A stretch of DNA of 64,000 nucleotides from the NCBI GenBank assembly GCA_965644265.1, contig OZ286460.1:40610001-40674000 (forward strand), written 5' to 3'. The notes under the pieces were generated by a model, which searched no databases, was not told the DNA's origin, and saw only the letters and a list, made by a program, of their open reading frames with translations. This DNA is from Glycera tridactyla (taxonomy: Eukaryota). This document shows positions 13,174-26,470 of the stretch, in pieces. How positions within the stretch are numbered: the first letter of the stretch is position 1; each line of letters starts with the position of its first letter. Both the position numbers and the translations under genes were made by a program.

Positions 13174-14652
13174 GTATGTTTAAGTGTGTTCAGAGATGAA
13201 TCAGTTTGTTGTCCAACAGCTGTTGTTAGCGTTTACTGCATTCGATGCAGAATCATTTCTATTACGTGTAACATCCAAACGACTGGCGTTTCAGCATGCT
13301 GGCACTGGATATAGACTTAGATGCTGCAACTTGCAAAAAGGAAGGAAGGAATAACTCAGAGAGTGGTCGTTAATTGAATGAGGAAAGAGAGCGCCAGGAT
13401 TCACTACCATTTAACCATGAGTGTGAAGCTCTGTGACCAGTCCAGGAGTCTAGTGAAGTGACCCCGAAACAAGGTGACTTTGGCGCCCCGTGCATTGACA
13501 AGAGGTTGATTGAGTACAGATAATTAGTTGGATCCCAGTCGAAGGAAGTTTTTGTTTCCAACGGACTGGACAGAAAACCAATTATGGAGGGGTTTAACCC
13601 AAAGGTTGCTGCCCGCTTACACCTCGCTCTGCCGATAATTAGAGTCTGAAGTTGGACTGAACTGAAGTCGGGAACTTGGCAATGAGGTGAGGTCTCAGTA
13701 GCCCATCACCTGTCTAACGGCATTTTCGCACCGACTCTGAAAAAACCTGAAGCTGTTTGCAAGTCACCTGAGTAAACCTAGGAAATTTTTCATGTTCGAG
13801 AGCATGATTTCGACATTATCCAGTGGGACCTCATCGATCATGCCTATGTCCATGTGCCGAAACATTTAATGCAAATTTTATGTTATATCAACATGTTATT
13901 TATCTTACATACCATTCTCTATTAATGTGTGAATGCATAAATGACACAATTGAATAAACAGTTATGGCATTGCCACACGATAGAAGGATGGGAAGAATTT
14001 CACTGGATGAAGTATGACTTGGAGATCATGTTGTGTATGTTTTATCGCACTGGCATGTCTAAATGGAAATTTTAAGCGACAAGATCCTGATAGTACTTGG
14101 TTTTACGGCTTTCGGCTGCCAATGGACATTTCAGCGACCAGTTGATCTCCACCGAGTGCCACGTCACATCCATTCAGTGGGCTTGTGATGAGCAAGGTTT
14201 CTGTGGGGGTTTCTCGCTTCTCGTGCCATTCACACTTCGCTCGCTTGGGGGTTCACACTCGGCGCACTTGTAGGTGGGCTGTGGACACCCTGAGCTCATC
14301 CGTCTTTCCCTAATCAGCAGAATAAGATGAATCTGTTGTGGATTTTCGCCACGACTCATTGGCATGCATTTTACATGTCCAGTTCAGCGCCATCAGGCCT
14401 GCGAGCAAATCTTTGGGGAGTGAGGTCATTATGCGGTGAGCACAATTGTGGGCCGCTGGCTGGGTCGCCTGTGTTGAGCATGATTAATAAGTAAGCAGAA
14501 ATGACCAGCACATCACATGACGTTCGCATTGTGACACCAATTTTGTCGATGAGATATGACATCATGTGCACTGTTGTCAAGGTGTGACGGTTGTTGTTTT
14601 AGTCACTCATCATGAAGAAAGAGACAAACCCCAACTCACACATGCACATGCG

Positions 14653-14653
<1 letters not shown>

Positions 14654-14726
<73 letters not shown>
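14654..14726. repeat. (CA)n microsatellite
   Basis: Direct read. Confidence 0.97.
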
Positions 14727-14728
<2 letters not shown>

Positions 14729-14811
14729 TGCACTCAGCCAGCGAATTGGTTAACCATAAGGGATATTTCAGGTCAGGATTACACACATTCGAAATTCACT
14801 AATGGTATGAA

Positions 14812-14976
14812 TACAGTCAACCCTCCTCTAAAGACCACCTCTCTATAAAGACCAGCCTGAGCTGCGACCGTGGAAGTATTTGCAACAGTAAATGATCTCT
14901 CTATAAATACCACCTCCCTGTAAAGGCCACCTTTTGATGTGGCCGAAGGAAGTCTTTATAGAGAGGTTTGACTGCA
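14812..14976. mobile_element. MITE family A, full length
   Basis: ta-cagtcaaccct ... gagaggtttgactg-ca; gaccacctctctataaagacc core. Confidence 0.85.
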
Positions 14977-15010
14977 CACAAACTCACACACCCTCACATG
15001 CTCACTTATA

Positions 15011-15034
15011 CACACAAACATACACAAACACACA

Positions 15035-15080
<46 letters not shown>
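15011..15080. repeat. (CA)n microsatellite
   Basis: Direct read. Confidence 0.95.
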
Positions 15081-15081
<1 letters not shown>

Positions 15082-15832
15082 CTGAAAGAGAAACCTACAA
15101 TTAATCATCAACATTAGAGTCCACCACTTGCACTGGTTTGTGCATGGCAACCCCCTCATTGGTCAACTTAAGGCAAAGTCACCATCAATTAAATAAACTT
15201 TATTGTCATTTAACACACCCGCTGAGAAGATGGGTTTTGCTTGCATCTCGAAAGCAACAAGTCAGTGGCGTGTCCACCCCGTGGCATGCCGACACAGCCA
15301 GCCACCCCTTCATTAGTCACACAAAAGACAAACATCACGCCCAACAATCACGGCCCACCACAAAAGAGAGAGCTGCACTCATCGTGGCTGGATACCTCCT
15401 AATGAACGGCTAATGTACCTCCTACACAATGGTCACTCAATGGTCAGTTTGTACCTTGTAATCTACCACAACATTAACCCCCCCTCCCCCACCCCCTTCC
15501 GCCTTGAATCTTCTAATGCCAACAAATTTCTGCCAATCCACAGCTGATGTATTATGTGAGGTGTGATGTCATAAAAATTTCAATATCTCACAAATCCCAC
15601 AAATGATTTCCATTATTTGAAGAAAAAAATCGTGGAGAGGTTAGTAAGGATATTTCATTCACAGAAACACTCATACGCTATCCTTTCATGTTCACATGAA
15701 TCGCTGGTTAGAGTTGAAGGCAAAGGTCATGAACTCAATACTTCAAGACATTGGATGAAAGAAATGCCATGTAGCATTTCAGTGATTTGAAGCTTTTTAT
15801 ATGTATCAACAGTGCAGGTTTGTGTGGAATTT

Positions 15833-16036
15833 CAGGGCTCTACGTTGCTACCTGTGGGTAGCCAATGACTTCCAAATTTACGCTCTGGCTAGCATATTTC
15901 AAAACTTAGGATTCAGCCGCCTCAAAAATGTTGAGAGCTTGTTGGCAATTGGCTACCGGAATTTTGCACCGGCTTCCAAAAATTTCAACTTAGGAGTCAG
16001 CCAGCTCCTAAATATTTTGGTCAACATAGAGCCCTG
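15833..16036. mobile_element. hAT-like MITE (204 bp)
   Basis: TIRs cagggctctacgttg / caacatagagccctg (14/15 match); CAGGG ends are typical of hAT; no 8-bp TSD retained. Confidence 0.7.
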
Positions 16037-16800
16037 TATTTCAAAGAATGAAAGCAGTCCTTCAAAAGTGGTCAATTCCTCCATCGTATACGGTCAAACC
16101 TGGCCATGAATACCCCTTGTGATTATGTGAAATAATGGTATTTGAGAAAATATGCCTTATTTATAACAGTCATCTCTAGTGGACCAATAGCCATCATCTC
16201 TATAGAGGTGGATCCTTGAGAAGGACCATGAAAAGAGAGGGGAGAGGGGTCCCCTCTTCTTTCATGGCAGGACTGACTGACTGTATGTGGTCATGACAAG
16301 CAGAAAACCTGCTTCTCAGGAGTCTTGTATGGGGTATCTCAATATATTTTCTCGGTATACACCTCTCAAATCAGGCACTTGCATGCATTGATAACCACCA
16401 ATAAAAATGACAATATCATACATGTTGGGGAGAATGTATGAGTGCTCCCTTGTGGAACATTCAAGCTGAACTTGACTGAACAAGGGGCCCATAGATGTCC
16501 AGCAAGCCCTTTTACCAGGCACCACCCAGGCACAGGCATATCTCAATACGCAAAAGGGCCATCAAACCACCATCTGTCTCTCCGATGAAGGTGACACCTC
16601 TTAACAACTCGATCTTGCTGCTATGTGTGCTCAGGGACCTGGCATCTTCCACTAAACTGACCATTTCATGGAAAGTTACAATTAAGGAGTGAATCCCCCA
16701 GAGTGGCATAAGTTAGTGGAGCTAGTCAAGGTTCAGGATGGCAGAGCAATGTAATGACCACTGGGACTCCTCACCTCAATGAATGAACAGCCATATGTGT

Positions 16801-16936
16801 NNNNNNNNNNNNNNNNNNNNNNNNNNNNNNNNNNNNNNNNNNNNNNNNNNNNNNNNNNNNNNNNNNNNNNNNNNNNNNNNNNNNNNNNNNNNNNNNNNNN
16901 NNNNNNNNNNNNNNNNNNNNNNNNNNNNNNNNNNNN
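16801..16936. other. Assembly gap (N run)
   Basis: Run of N. Confidence 1.
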
Positions 16937-16940
16937 TGCA

Positions 16941-17016
16941 CATGTGTGTGTGAGTGAGTAAGTGTATGTTTGTGCACATGTGTAAAAGTGTGTGCATGGC
17001 TGTGACAGTTGCTGTC

Positions 17017-17062
<46 letters not shown>

Positions 17063-17081
17063 TGTGTGTGGGTGGGTGTGT
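16941..17081. repeat. TG-rich compound microsatellite
   Basis: Direct read. Confidence 0.9.
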
Positions 17082-17687
17082 GAGCCAGTCTGCTGATAAG
17101 GTGCAATCACTATTACTCATGGTGACAGGCGTGTATGAGCTTCCTTGATTGATACAAATCCGGTGATGATCTAAGTGTCCTGATAAACGCACTTCAAACT
17201 TGATTAGTATGCTGTCAATGAAGTGACCCAGTGCTGTGTCCACCCAACCCCTACAACACTCCCTCTTCACCACAGTTAACCTGAACTCCTAATAACTGTA
17301 GCCACTCCCAGGAATCCATACCGACTCAGTGCATCTCTTGTTTTGGGGAAAAAAACCAATGAGGAAAACAAGGTTCTCAAATCACAACCAAGTTGATATA
17401 CTCACAGTTTGTTGACATTTGGGTGCCATCAGCAGCCATCTTCTGAACTCACAACCGCTAGGTGGTGATGTGCATTCCAGGCTGGTCAACGCATGACTCA
17501 TATTGTATACCTGCTCGTCCCTGTTCATGGTGGGTTAGCTCCACCTAAACACTTCACAGAAAACTCAATGAGATTGACTCCAGCCTGTCTTTTGTTTCCT
17601 TGTTGCAATCTTCTTCCCTCTCTGATTTTGGTCTTCTCCAAATGGAATGGCTACTACTGCCTTCTTGAAATGAATTGAGCTTTATTG

Positions 17688-17735
17688 TAGGCTGGTCTTT
17701 GCAGAGAGGTGGTCTTTGCAAAAGGTTCAATTGGA
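17688..17735. mobile_element. MITE family A, right-end fragment
   Basis: ctggtctttgcagagaggtggtctttgcaaaaggttcaattg. Confidence 0.55.
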
Positions 17736-19129
17736 TGTGATTCAGCAGCACGTCAATAGGATCATTGATAACCTGATTGATGTAAAGATTCGTAAGGATA
17801 ACCTTTCTTCAGGCTGTCCACCTGTCTGTCTATCAGAGGCATTTCTGTGGGACGAGTCAAAAGGTTTGAATGCTCTCAACTTGAAACTTAGTGGACAGAC
17901 AGGAGGCGCAGAAGACTTGATTTTAGGGCAGACATCTTGAAAACTCGCTGAGTGCAAAAAGGTCACATTCAGTTTCTACATGAATTTAGATTTTCCTATT
18001 CTGGTGTGGGGCATTGAAAACCAAAAACTGATCAAGGTTGCGTTGAGTGTAGGTTGGAAAAACTTGCAGAAGGTTTCATCTCAACCATTTGATGTTTGCT
18101 GTGAGTTACATAGTAAAAATGCCGTCTTGTATGATTTTGTTGACAGCAATGCTGTCAGCTTGAAGGGGTTAGTACTTGGGGGAATAATCTGATTGTGTTA
18201 TAGAAATGAGATACTCTGCATAATCTGAGGAGATTTACAGACGTAGAGCGAAACCTCGCCGGCATTGGAGACAAGTTTGGGGTCAGAAAAGCTGTGTGAT
18301 TTGTACTGGACAGTGGACATCTCCGGTGATGAGGTCGCGTTTTATATTCTGTACGCCGTGTATGATGCACTGGCGGTCAAAGATCACAGCTCGTCCCGCG
18401 TCCATAGATTAGGTGGTCAGTGTATGCTCGATATGTATCAAGGGAGTCGTGATACGACTGCCGATGGATCAAACTAGCCAACACTAAAACGCCTGATCTT
18501 GTCTAGACCTCGAGTCCGCACGGACAACTGACCGAGGCCCTCGGGGTCTAGATGTATCGCTAGTAGCCGAGAGATATGGGTCACGAGGGGCCTGCACCCA
18601 GACGCAAACACGCCGATAAGAAGTGGCCAGTGACTGGCCGATGGCCCCAGACTGCCCATCCATCGGTAAATGGCCACCAAAGTATTTCCATAGCCTCAAT
18701 CATTCACCAACTTTACAATACAATCTTGTTCTGCCGCTCCACTGACGACGCTCCATCCTATTGTTCATGGTCTATCTTAACCCCCAAGTGGTCAGTTAGA
18801 AAAAAGAGCCGTCCATCTAAATTATCCCAAAGTTGAGAGCTTTGTGCCAATTCTTGAATCACAATTGTATGTAATAGTATCTAGGTGTCCATGGTGGTAC
18901 CATTCATCTTTTCTTATCCGAGTCCGAATGTCAGATCCGGGCGTCTCACTGTCCAATCTACATGACCTCGCCGATGGTTTGATGCATGCAAACGATGCCG
19001 CAGGGCCTCGTTACAAAAACAATCATCCTCAACACAATGTCCTTGCATTCACAGCTATAATATCGGCACAATTTCCCACTTTCTTCCGACAATTCCCATT
19101 TCTGTCGATGCTTCCTTGATACTAGCTCT

Positions 19130-19335
19130 TAGAGCCTATTTGGGCATCTGATGAAAAGTTTGTGGCATATACCCATTTCTGTTGGTGCTTTCATGATACC
19201 AGCCCTCAAGAGCATTTGGGCATCTGATGAAAAGTTTGTGGCATATTCCCATTGCCTTGATGCTTTCATGAAATCAGCCCTCGAGAGCATTTGGGCATCT
19301 GATGACAAGTTTGTGGCATATTCGCATTGCTGTTG
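19130..19335. repeat. ~75-bp tandem repeat, ~2.7 copies
   Basis: tttgggcatctgatga(a/c)aagtttgtggcatat at 19139, 19215, 19290. Confidence 0.95.
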
Positions 19336-20702
19336 ATGTGAAATATCACACACAATACTCAACACCTGATACTTCACTGAAAATGTGACATTCATGTGAT
19401 AATGTGCTATGAGCTGATTCTTTGCAAGGGGCATTATCATGTAAGCAGGGGGTCAAAATGTGGGTGACTTATTGCTGAACTGTTTCAGGGGCCATCCAAC
19501 CATCCATCATGGTCTTGTGAGAGGGAAGTGATGATTTGTTTGAGGGGTGGGGGCGGTAAGAGGGTCTGTGTCCCTGACGAGTGTCTGGATCCCTCTCATG
19601 TATATGCTGTCCCCTGAATGTGATCGCAGCAGGTTGCTGTCGGGTGTCGGGGCATTCAGGGGACAAGTGGTCATCACATGTCCAGTCTATTGTCCTGCCA
19701 GTACTATATTGGTGTGTAAGGGGGGGGGGGGCAGTGATGGGTGAAAAAGGGGTGATCATAGTCTTGGATCCCTCCAGAATGAACAACCTCTTAGCAAAAG
19801 ATTTTAACAAAATGCAAATAGTTTTAGCAATTTAGAAAGCACTTGATAGAAATCGGAAAGCATTTCATTGAATCAGATCACCCGAATGAAAAAGAAAACA
19901 TTTCCTAGATATTCTTTGGATTAGGTAAAGTGATCAGAATTTTGGAATCAGCTAGTCATGTATTCTTCACTCCGCTGGATCATTACTCACAAACAAAAAT
20001 CATGAGAAAACAGGAATGTCATATATCTGTCGACCTATATATCATAATACACATACATGCACCTGAAATGACACTTTGACTGTCTGTGATTTACATAAAA
20101 TTTCATCTGTTGATGAACCAGAAGGTGGAGTTTTGTATGAATGCATGTGCATCTTAACATATATTCCACATGGTGCTCCTGCTATAAAACAACCAACCAA
20201 CCAACCAATCACCCAAACAACCATGTTTGGAGTATAACCAAGTTGACAGCTGACAAAAGTCCACATGAAGCAGTTGAAGTAAGCTGCTGAGGAAAAGCTG
20301 AAAAGTATCAAGTTCTGTGATTTCTTTAGTGCACGTTTCGACTGACCAGTCATAAACCATGTTTCTGACAGGTTATCAAAGTAGGTATCGGGAGGTCAAT
20401 CCATTTGGATCTGCTTGTGTGAGTAACCCCATCTTTCAGTTGAATCTCGAGATTGTTTGATGTGAGAGCATATAGCTTTGTGTCACTCATGCGGCTCACT
20501 CGTCATTTACTGATGGCCACATGATTGGATGATGAAATGGGCGAAAGACACTTGATCTTGGCCCTCATGGTCATTTATATAGACAATGTCAACTCATGGA
20601 GTAGAGCGAATAGCCATCTTGAATCAGAAACTTGAATCAGAAACTTATTGGCAATCCATGAATCAAGTTTGTGATTACATGTATATGAGTTTCAGAATTA
20701 CT

Positions 20703-20884
20703 ATACGGTGGATCCGACCAAGAGACCACCTCTCTATAAAGACCACATGCCTATAATGGCCACCCTGCTCTGCAACAGTGATAGTATTCTCAACTGTATT
20801 TTGACCTCTCTATGGATGCCACCTGCCTATAGAGGCCACTTTTTATCTGATCGAAGGTGGCCTTTATGGACAGGTTCGACTGTA
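20703..20884. mobile_element. MITE family A, full length
   Basis: ta-cggtggatccgaccaagagaccacctctctataaagaccac ... ggacaggttcgactg-ta. Confidence 0.85.
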
Positions 20885-21536
20885 TAACCATCACTTGCAT
20901 GATTTCTGTCCTTGAGAATGATCGTATGATTTTTCTTATAAAGATGGGTGATTTGATGTGCTTGGAGCAGGCTGTATTTTGTTCTGTATCACTTGCTAGA
21001 TGGCTCTGGAAATTTGGAGAGGGAACATATTGTGGAGACGGTATTGTGAGGTCAGCCTAAGCAAAACGTGGGAGAGTCTTCAGCAAAGTGACAGTGAGCG
21101 ATGTCGCAGGCTGAAGGTCATGGTAAAGGTCGGGGCGTGATGACCCCCTTGAGGACAGGGAGAATGGGTCAGCTGTTGGTAGAGGGCCAGCGTTGCACTG
21201 GGCCTGGATCCCTCGAGAGACAGATCCGATGTTATGTGACGGCCAGGTCACCCGCATAAGTCATCACTACGATGCCCCGGCTTCTGTCCTCCCCTCCTTG
21301 GTCAGTTGGTCGGTAGGTCCTCCCAAAGACGCTGATCTCCATTTGACTCATCATTTCTCTGCTGGACATTGTCTAGTTTGCACACTGCTTGGAACTTGAT
21401 GGACATTCCTACATAGTTTCACTGATGAAGGCCAAAATCAGATTCATGTGACCTCTCCTCTACCCATCAGCTACTGGATGTATACTTGTGAAGTAGGTAA
21501 CTGTATACACGCCTCATGATCCATTAAATATAAGAG

Positions 21537-21643
21537 TACAGTCAGACCTGTCTATAAAGGCCACTTTTGGTCACCTAAAAAAATGGCCTTTATAGGCCGG
21601 TGGCCTTAAAAGAGAGGTCGTCTCTTTAGCAGGTTTGACTGCA
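21537..21643. mobile_element. MITE family A, short internally deleted copy
   Basis: ta-cagtcagacctgtctataaaggccac ... agcaggtttgactg-ca. Confidence 0.8.
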
Positions 21644-21922
21644 GTTTATGTATGACTGCATGGAATGAATTACATGGTTATGCTTATGAAAATGCTGCAC
21701 GATCAGTGAATTCAGTGCATTTCATGGTATCTCAGTTTATGTCAAGTATTGGATTATGTCTTGTGTGGCATTGACGGATTCTACATGGATTTCTACTCTT
21801 CTCAAAGCTATTCACCATAAGTATTTGACTGGTGTCATGTTGGAATACAGGAGGTTGGAATATCATATTTCCTCCATGCATTCCTGCATGGATGCAGGCA
21901 CACACATATGCATGCTTACATG

Positions 21923-21924
<2 letters not shown>

Positions 21925-21989
<65 letters not shown>

Positions 21990-22000
21990 ATACACACACA
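21925..22000. repeat. (CA)n microsatellite
   Basis: Direct read. Confidence 0.97.
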
Positions 22001-22032
22001 GGCATCCATATGTATGTACATATATACGTATA

Positions 22033-22143
22033 TACAGTCAAACCTGCTTGAAAGGCCACCTCTATATAAGAACCACCTGCCTACAAAGGCCACTTTTTCA
22101 TGCAACTGAAAGTGTCCTTTGTAGACAGACAGGTTCAACTGTT
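22033..22143. mobile_element. MITE family A, short copy
   Basis: ta-cagtcaaacctgcttgaaaggccacc ... gacaggttcaactg. Confidence 0.8.
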
Positions 22144-22464
22144 TGGAGGGGATTGCTACTCGAATTCAGCTCGTGATGCAGGGGAAGATTTGATTTTTGA
22201 CAGGGAATGGGGGTCACATACATGAATTTTGATGTCATTGAATGTGAGTCTCCTATGATATATCAAGTTATCAACTGATCATGGATTTGTTGGAAGATAT
22301 GACTGATGATTCAGATTGCATCTGGGAAGAAGTTTGAATTCCCTTGAATCAGGACCTCGGCCGACACACCTTCTCCACTATTTGATGAGCTACTGGCATC
22401 ATGTGACTCTCCTTACGATCACATGCCAGCAATGCCGCAGTCCCGGTTGAGCTGACGAAAGAGT

Positions 22465-22905
22465 GTGTGCCGGAAGCCTCATTATTCCTAAGATTACAGT
22501 GAGTACCAAAAGAGTATCGACATGCCCTGGAAGCCTGTCTATTCCCAAGCTTACAGTGAGGACCTAAAGAGTATCCACATGCCCTGGAAGCCTCTTTATT
22601 CCCAAGCTTACAGTGAGGACCTAAAGAGTATCCACATGCCCTGGAAGCCTCTTTATTCCCAAGCTTACAGTGAGGACCTAAAGAGTATCCACATGCCCTG
22701 GAAGCCTCTTTATTCTCAAACTTACAGTGAGGACCTAAAGAGTATCCACATGCCCTGGAAGCCTCTTTATTCCCAAGCTTACAGTGAGGACCTAAAGAGT
22801 ATCCACATGCCCTGGAAGCCTCTTTATTCCCAAGCTTACAGTGAGGACCTAAAGAGTATCCACATGCCCTGGAAGCCTCTTTATTCCCAAGCTTACAGTG
22901 AGTAC
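22465..22905. repeat. 57-bp minisatellite, ~7.7 copies
   Basis: Unit catgccctggaagcctctttattcccaagcttacagtgaggacctaaagagtatcca; inner copies near identical, first copy diverged. Confidence 0.97.
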
Positions 22906-23109
22906 TGAGAACATTCTTCTCCAATATGAATTTTTCTGTGTAACACTAAGGGTGTGATGTTAGCTCTCAGCTGGGGGTCAGATAAGAAAACAACAAGGAT
23001 GGCAGTTGGTGATGGCCAAGGGCCAGTTGATTAGATCTTCATCTGTTGGGGCAAGCAGATGGCTTCTTGGCCATCCACAAGCCAGGTCATGTATCATGGC
23101 TAACAGGGG

Positions 23110-23455
23110 GGATCATTTCACCAAAGGTCAAGGAATAACCCCCATTTGGTAGTGATCCATCCATGATGCATTGGATGCATCAGAATTTTGAAGGATTATT
23201 TTAGAGTTGAAGTAGATTGACAGACAAATCGGGGTGTTTCAGGAAAACTTAGTGAATTACCCCTCTCTCCTGGAGTGTATCTGGCCAGTGGTTATTTCAC
23301 CAAAAGGTCAGGAATTGACCCAGTTTACAAGGATCAATCAGAATTTTAAAGGATTCTTTTACATTTGAGGTAGATTTACACAACACAGAGGTTTTTTTTC
23401 CTTAAATCTTTTGTGAAATGCCCCTCTTTTGTGGAGTGTATCTGGCCAGTGGTCA
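23110..23455. repeat. Degenerate two-copy tandem repeat (~165-180 bp unit)
   Basis: atttcaccaaa(a)ggtca, atcagaatttt.aaggatt and ggagtgtatctggccagtggt each occur twice in order. Confidence 0.8.
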
Positions 23456-23924
23456 AGACTGCCCGCTAGCTTGTCCAGCATGATGAATCGCATCTGTTTC
23501 CTGCAGCGTGGGGAGTTTATCTTGCTTTGCTTCACATCTCAGCTATTTGATGTTGTATTTGTGTTTCCCCCAAGGTTATTGTTGACTACTCGTGTGGCTG
23601 CCCCAAGGTCATTCTAGGTGGTCGTGTGGCTGAGCCAACATTGGCCCGTGGGCATGATGTGATAAGCCGATGGTCAGTTGGGATTAACATTTGACCACTG
23701 GTCAAGAATTAATGCCCCCTCCTGGACATTCCTTCACTAAGAATTGGTCATTACACCACCAGTTGTTATTGCCATTGTATGCTATTACATTCACTGGTCA
23801 GTTATGATATAAATATATAGAGGAGAAGGATCAGGCTAGTGTTGAATCTATTCTGCATATTGCTACCCAGTGGTGTCAACTGGATCAGCAATCAATGGGT
23901 ATGACTGGATAGTATGCCCATAGA

Positions 23925-23965
23925 GGATATATCCTGAGGTGGTTTCTCGAGCAGGTTTGACTGTA
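23925..23965. mobile_element. MITE right-end fragment
   Basis: gaggtggtttctcgagcaggtttgactgta. Confidence 0.55.
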
Positions 23966-24116
23966 CTATGCTTATTGGTTCTTGAGAAGGGTGGCAGAAA
24001 CAGTGTTCATCTCTAAGACATATCCCCGCTGAATAAGGACCGGGGCCGGCACATCCTCCTGCCAATGTATAGGAAGACACTAGCTGATGAGAGAATTATC
24101 AGCATCATGGTAATGG

Positions 24117-24206
24117 TACAGTGGAACCTACTCAAGAGACCACCTCTCTATAAAGACCACTTCTTCATGTTACCGAAGGTGACATTTCTATGCAGGTTCA
24201 TCTATA
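24117..24206. mobile_element. MITE family A, short copy
   Basis: ta-cagtggaacctactcaagagaccacctctctataaagaccac ... tgcaggttcatctata. Confidence 0.75.
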
Positions 24207-26427
24207 TTGATTTTCTTCTATGGTGAGACTTAATGATTTATGTATTCTGAGCTGAATAGACTATATCACTCACAGTGAGGTGTGAATCATGAGCAGATGA
24301 AGTCATATACTGGCCCTGACCAGATGCCCATCTTTCACACTTCATTGGCACTTCATCTTGCTGAAGTGTGAATGAGAAGGCCCGTGAGCTGGTACCAGCA
24401 GGGGTAGTCATAACGGATAATTATATCGCAGAAGGGGTATACCCCATCTGCACCCGCCACCTACGCATTTCACACTCACTGGAAGGTGTGAATGATTAGC
24501 CAGAATTAACCTTGGCTGTGACCTTCTTGACCTTCAACTGGACACTGACCTCAAGCCATGACCTCTCAACTGATCCAAATTGACACGGATATCAAGTTGA
24601 GGTTAGGTTGAGGCTTGGTGTTGGCTCCTCTTTTTCTTTCTGTTTTTTTTTTCACCTATCATTTCAATACATCTCAAGAACACTCCCTTTGAAACATTGT
24701 TATCAGTAGTTTTCTTTGGGAGAAGGCTTGAATATATTTTGTGTCTTCTTGAATTTTTACGTTCTACCTGTGGGGATTGCTAGGTACTTGTGGCATAGAT
24801 TGGAAACTGTGAATGGATCAGTGCTGTCTATTTCCAGTTTGGGATCTTGCAACCTAAATCACTTGATTCTTTGTCCATTTCAGCTTGGGTGAAAATGTGT
24901 CCCAAGCCTGGATTAAGATGTTAGGGCCCATTTCACTACAGGTGCGGAGCAATAGAAATTATGTTGGCGCCCTCAATTATTTATGGTTCTCTGAGAAAAG
25001 TCTGATAATGGACAGCATTTATGGCATTCAAGTCTACTTTACCCTTATTGCATCCGGCCCCTGGTGAAAAGGGGGTCATTCCAGAATGGGCCCTGGACAG
25101 TGGTCAAGCCTTATCTCGCTGAGACGTGATAGGAGCAGATCATAGATGGTAGCATAGATGGTCCACTCCCTATACTTCCCATAGTACACCCTCAAAGACA
25201 GCTCCGCGTGCTAACACGCCAGAAGCCCCATTGACTTTGTACAGGAGGGGTGCATGATGAGGGACATAAAGCCAGATGGACAATTCTGTGCTGCTGTTAG
25301 CTGTGAAAACAACCCAAAATGTTGTCAGAAATTATGTTTCTCTTGTAATCCACTGGACAGAATAAAGGAAGATCTCGGTATTCTATACAAAATTTGGAAT
25401 ATTTTGAGATGATGTTTGTTACAGAAAATGTTGGAGGATATGTGAGGAGGGGCTACATCTTATCAGCATGCTGTGCGATTCCTCTGATCTTGATGAAGCG
25501 GAACATTTTGGGTTGGAGACTGCCTGAAGATGGCCAGTTGATGACTTTATGGCCCTGTCCACAGCTGCTGACTCTCTACCAGCCGCATCAATTTATGAAA
25601 TTCATTAGATTATCGGCTGTCATTTCAGTTGTGGGTGTCTCAATGTGATGCAGAGGGGGTTGTTCAACTGGCCGAGCTCCGTGCCACCAAGGCTTAATGA
25701 AGACCACCTGGTGATCTGAACCTCCTGCGGTCATTGCTAATGGAGTTATATGTTGGTCATAAACAGCGCCAACTTTCCCCCAAATCCCTGAAGTTTGTTG
25801 TTTTTAAATGCATATTTTGACAATTTGTACTGGGACTATCATGGAATTGGATTTAGCATTTCAATCTATAGAAGTTCATTTTGATGGAGAATGTTTTTCC
25901 ATTCAAATATATTGAGGAGAAGTTTGAATTAAATGTCTCTGAAAATGCCCTCTCCTCCATAGAGTTTGCATTGCATACCCCAGAGATAGCACGCGGAGCC
26001 AGATTTGGCGTGTTACACATTTTGTCGGAGTGGACCATCTATGCTACCATCTATGAGCAGATGATGGGGACTTCCAGGGGTCGGTGAGCAGACAAGATTG
26101 GTTTAGTTTGACTGGCCACAAGGGGCTGTTTCACTGAAGACATATATAACCTGGGCTCGTCTCTCAGCTGGAATGCTTATTGTAGAGAGCTAACAAGTAC
26201 ATGTGCTCAATCGGGGACGTCTTTATCTTGATGAAGCCCGACCTTGATTCTATCTGACCCTTGATGATCTCATCATTTTTCTGATCTGGCCAGCAGTGAG
26301 GTCACCGGGGCTCTTCATTCAGGGCATTGCTACCCTCCCTTAATACATGGACGCATGCACACACACACACAAAATTATATTGAATTGAAAAGCAAAAGCT
26401 GCCCTTGAAAAGTAGTATGCTGTCAGT

Positions 26428-26470
26428 GATGGTCTCTCATTGGGGGTCTCTCAATACAGGTTTTACTGTA
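26428..26470. mobile_element. MITE right-end fragment (same subfamily as 2312)
   Basis: ggtctctcattgggggtctctcaatacaggttttactgta. Confidence 0.5.

Noticed and set aside
22465-22905. CRISPR-like array
   Set aside because: Contiguous identical units with no unique spacers, eukaryotic context, no cas genes
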